DNA of 64,000 nt, from NCBI RefSeq assembly GCF_963921235.1, contig NC_086097.1:192388001-192452000 (forward strand), in the 5' to 3' direction. Origin of the DNA: Mobula hypostoma. Taxonomy: Eukaryota. The translations under genes were made by a program, and so were the position numbers. This document shows positions 61,373 through 64,000 of the stretch, piece after piece (the stretch's first letter is position 1; each line of letters opens with the position of its first letter). The notes beneath the pieces are model-generated. The model was given only the letters and a program-made list of their open reading frames with translations. It did no database searches and was not told where the DNA came from.

Positions 61373-63215
61373 TCACAAGCAAAAGAAAATCTGCAGATGC
61401 TGGAAATCCAAGCAAAATGCACACAAAATGCTGGAGGAACCCAGCAGGCCAGGCAGCATCTGTGGAAAAGAGTATAGTCGATATTTCGGGCCAAGACCTT
61501 TCATCAGGACTGGAGAAAAAAGGCTGAGGAGTTAGAAGGAGAGGGAAGGGAGGAAGAAACAGAAGGGGATAGGTAAAACTGGAGTAAAGTGCTGGGTAGT
61601 TGATTGGTGAAAGAGATACAAGGCTGGAGAAGGGGGAATCTAATAGGAGAGGACAGAAAGTTATGGAAGAAAGAAAAGAGGGAGGAAATGGGCAGGCAAC
61701 AAGATGAGGTGAGAGAGGGAAATGGTGAAGGGGTGGGGGAGCAGAACCGGAAGCTCAAGATATTGATGTTCATACATCAGGTTGCAGGCTATCCAGATGG
61801 AATATAAGGTGTTGTTCCTTCAACCTGCACATGGCCTCATCGCAACAGTAGATACCATGGACTGACATGTCAGAATGGGAATGGGAAGTGGAATTAAAAT
61901 GGATGGGGTGGCCACTGGGAGGTCCTACTTTTTCTGGTGGATGGAGCATAGGTGCTCAGCGAAACGGTCGCCCAATCTACGTCGAGACTCTTCGATACAC
62001 AGGAAGCCACATCTGGAGCATTGGATACAGTAGATGACCCTAACAGACCCACAGGTGAAGTGTCATCTCACCTGGAAGGACTGTTTGGTGCCTTGAATGG
62101 TAGTGAGGGAAGAGGTGTAGGGGCAGGCGTAGCACTTGTCTGCTTGTAAGGATAAGTGCCAGGAGGGAGATTAGTGGGCAGGGAAGAATGGACAGGAGAT
62201 TCACGTAGGGAGAGATCCCTGTAGAAAGCAGAAAGTGAGGAAAGATATGCTTGGTGGTGGAATCCTATTGGAGGTTGCGGAAGTTACGGAGATATATGTC
62301 CTGGACGTGGAGGCTGGTGGTGTGGTAGGTGAGGACAGGAGGAACACCAGCCCTGGTGAGGTGGCGGGAGGATGGGGCGAGGAGAGACATGCATAAAGTG
62401 GAAGAGCTGCGTTTGAGGGCAGCGCTGATGGTAGAGGAAGGGAAGCCCCTTTTTCTTTGAAGGAGAAGGACATCTCCTTAGTTCTGGAATGAAAAGCCTC
62501 ATCTGGAGAGCAGATGCAGTGGAGATGGAGGAATTGAGAGAGCGGGTGGGGTTATTACAAGTAGCAAGTAGTAACAAGTAGTTTTTACAAGGAAGAGGTA
62601 AAGTCCAGGTAGCTGTGAGAATCAGTAGGTTTATAATAGACATCAGAAGATAAGCTGTCTCTAGAGATATAGACAGTGAGATCGAGAAAGGGGAGAGAGG
62701 TGTCAGAAATGGACCAGGTAAATCTGAGGGCTGGGTAGAAGTTGAAGGTAAAGTTGATGAATTCAGCGAACTCCACGTGGGTGCAGGAAGCAGCACCAAT
62801 GCAATCATTGATGCAGCATAGGAAAAATAAGGAAGTGACACCAGTGTAGGCTTAGAACATAGACTGTTCCACGTAGCTGACAAAAAGGCAGGCCCAGCTG
62901 GGACCCACGGCCATACCTTTTGTTTGCAGGAAGTGGAAAGTGCCAAAGGAGAAATTATTGAGAGCGAGGACAAGTTCCGCCAGATGGAGGAAAGTGGTGG
63001 TGGAGGGGAACCGGTTGGGTCTGGTGTCCAGAAAGAAACGGCGAGCTTTGAGGCCTTCCTGGTGGGGGATGGAGATGTATAGGGACTGGACCTTCATTAT
63101 GGAAATCAGGTGCTCGGGGCCTGGAAAATTTGAAATCATTGGAAGGATCCAAGAGCATGTGAGGGTGCCATGAACATAGGTAGGAAGGGACTGAACCAGG
63201 GCAATGAATAGTCAA
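61373..63215 (-). mobile_element. Penelope-like element (RT core, GIY-YIG, terminal region), degenerate
   Basis: VQSLYISIPHQEGL, LVLALNNFSF..LQTKGMAVGP, LPFLDL..YYKPTDSHSYLD. Confidence 0.9.
61476..61511 (-). ncRNA. Hammerhead ribozyme motif (PLE-associated), variant
   Basis: Minus strand AGUC CUGAUGA AAGG UCUUGG CCC GAAAU AUC^GACU; stem II weakened. Confidence 0.55.
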
Positions 63216-64000
63216 AATTTGGTCATTGATGGTTAAATATAAAACAAAGCTATAAGTTAAAATAACATTTAAATAGTATGGGCAACTACTGAAATACTTT
63301 TAAAGAAACGTTCTATATCGTCCAGAGAGTATAGTGGAGCAGCTGTGAAGTCTCACACATGTATTGTCCCCATTCTCCTTAATGGCTTTAATCCCTTGAT
63401 ACTGTAATTGCTTTCTGGAAACACTCACAATTTTACTTAACTCTTCTGATCACACACAGGTAACAGTGTATGCTTTCCTTTAACCTATGTTACAACTCAT
63501 TTACAGAAACATTTATTATGGGCATCTCTGCTTCTAGCGTTAATCTGGAATACTTTTAAGCATTTACGCAAGCGTTTTGCGTATTCTTTAACAAAATTGC
63601 TTTAGTAAAACTCTATGTATTTTATGCCAGTCTAGAGTATGAGAGAAATATTTTCGTAGAGCTCCTATTAGATCAAATGAAGGTACATTTAAATGATCAT
63701 ATCGCTCATTCCCCTCTCTACCCCTCCATCTTCTATAGCGCTATTCGGAACAGCTGCCTATGTTGGCAGAGACTAAGGTGTTGCCATACCTTGACCACTC
63801 CACAGGAGGAAATTTGTGCTATAGCAGGAAGCTCAATCTTTTGTTCAACTATGAACAGCCTAGGATTTAGACATGATCAGCTACCGGGCCTGTATAATTC
63901 CTATCTCCTGTATAACAGTCATCTCGGTGGAACCTCCAAGTAACTGTCATAACCGAGAATAAAATACAATAACTGAAATAATTGGGCCCAGAACACACTC

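Noticed and set aside
1..64000. Prokaryote-type systems (CRISPR array, retron or other RT-linked defence, operons)
   Set aside because: No regularly spaced repeat-spacer array or gene-dense organisation; all RT motifs belong to eukaryotic LINE or PLE families.

Overview
Eukaryotic, repeat-dense genomic DNA with no host protein-coding exon that I can recognise, so it is probably intronic or intergenic. The repeat spectrum points to a cartilaginous fish, probably a ray (inference). That spectrum is abundant CR1 LINEs with esterase-type ORF1, Rex/Babar-like LINEs, Neptune-like Penelope elements and V-SINE/HE1-like SINEs. Nearly all long ORFs are decayed retroelement ORFs or their antisense shadows. 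Structures resolved to base level: (1) a Penelope-like element at ~31.1-39.5 kb carrying nested CR1, RTE (itself split by a CR1) and solo-LTR insertions; (2) minimal hammerhead ribozyme motifs in the Penelope terminal regions, with an intact core at 57241-57276; (3) a young Penelope copy with a 9-bp TSD and an open GIY-YIG frame; (4) small DNA transposons (hAT, Harbinger, Tigger-like, Tc1), two with self-palindromic ends; (5) two solo LTRs, an I/Nimb-like LINE fragment and an unexplained hairpin in unique DNA at 51.8 kb. I found no convincing wholly new biological system. The best leads are the ribozyme-bearing Penelope ends and the composite palindromic-ended Tc1-type MITE. Family names come from recognised motifs, not database searches, and boundaries of old repeats are approximate.
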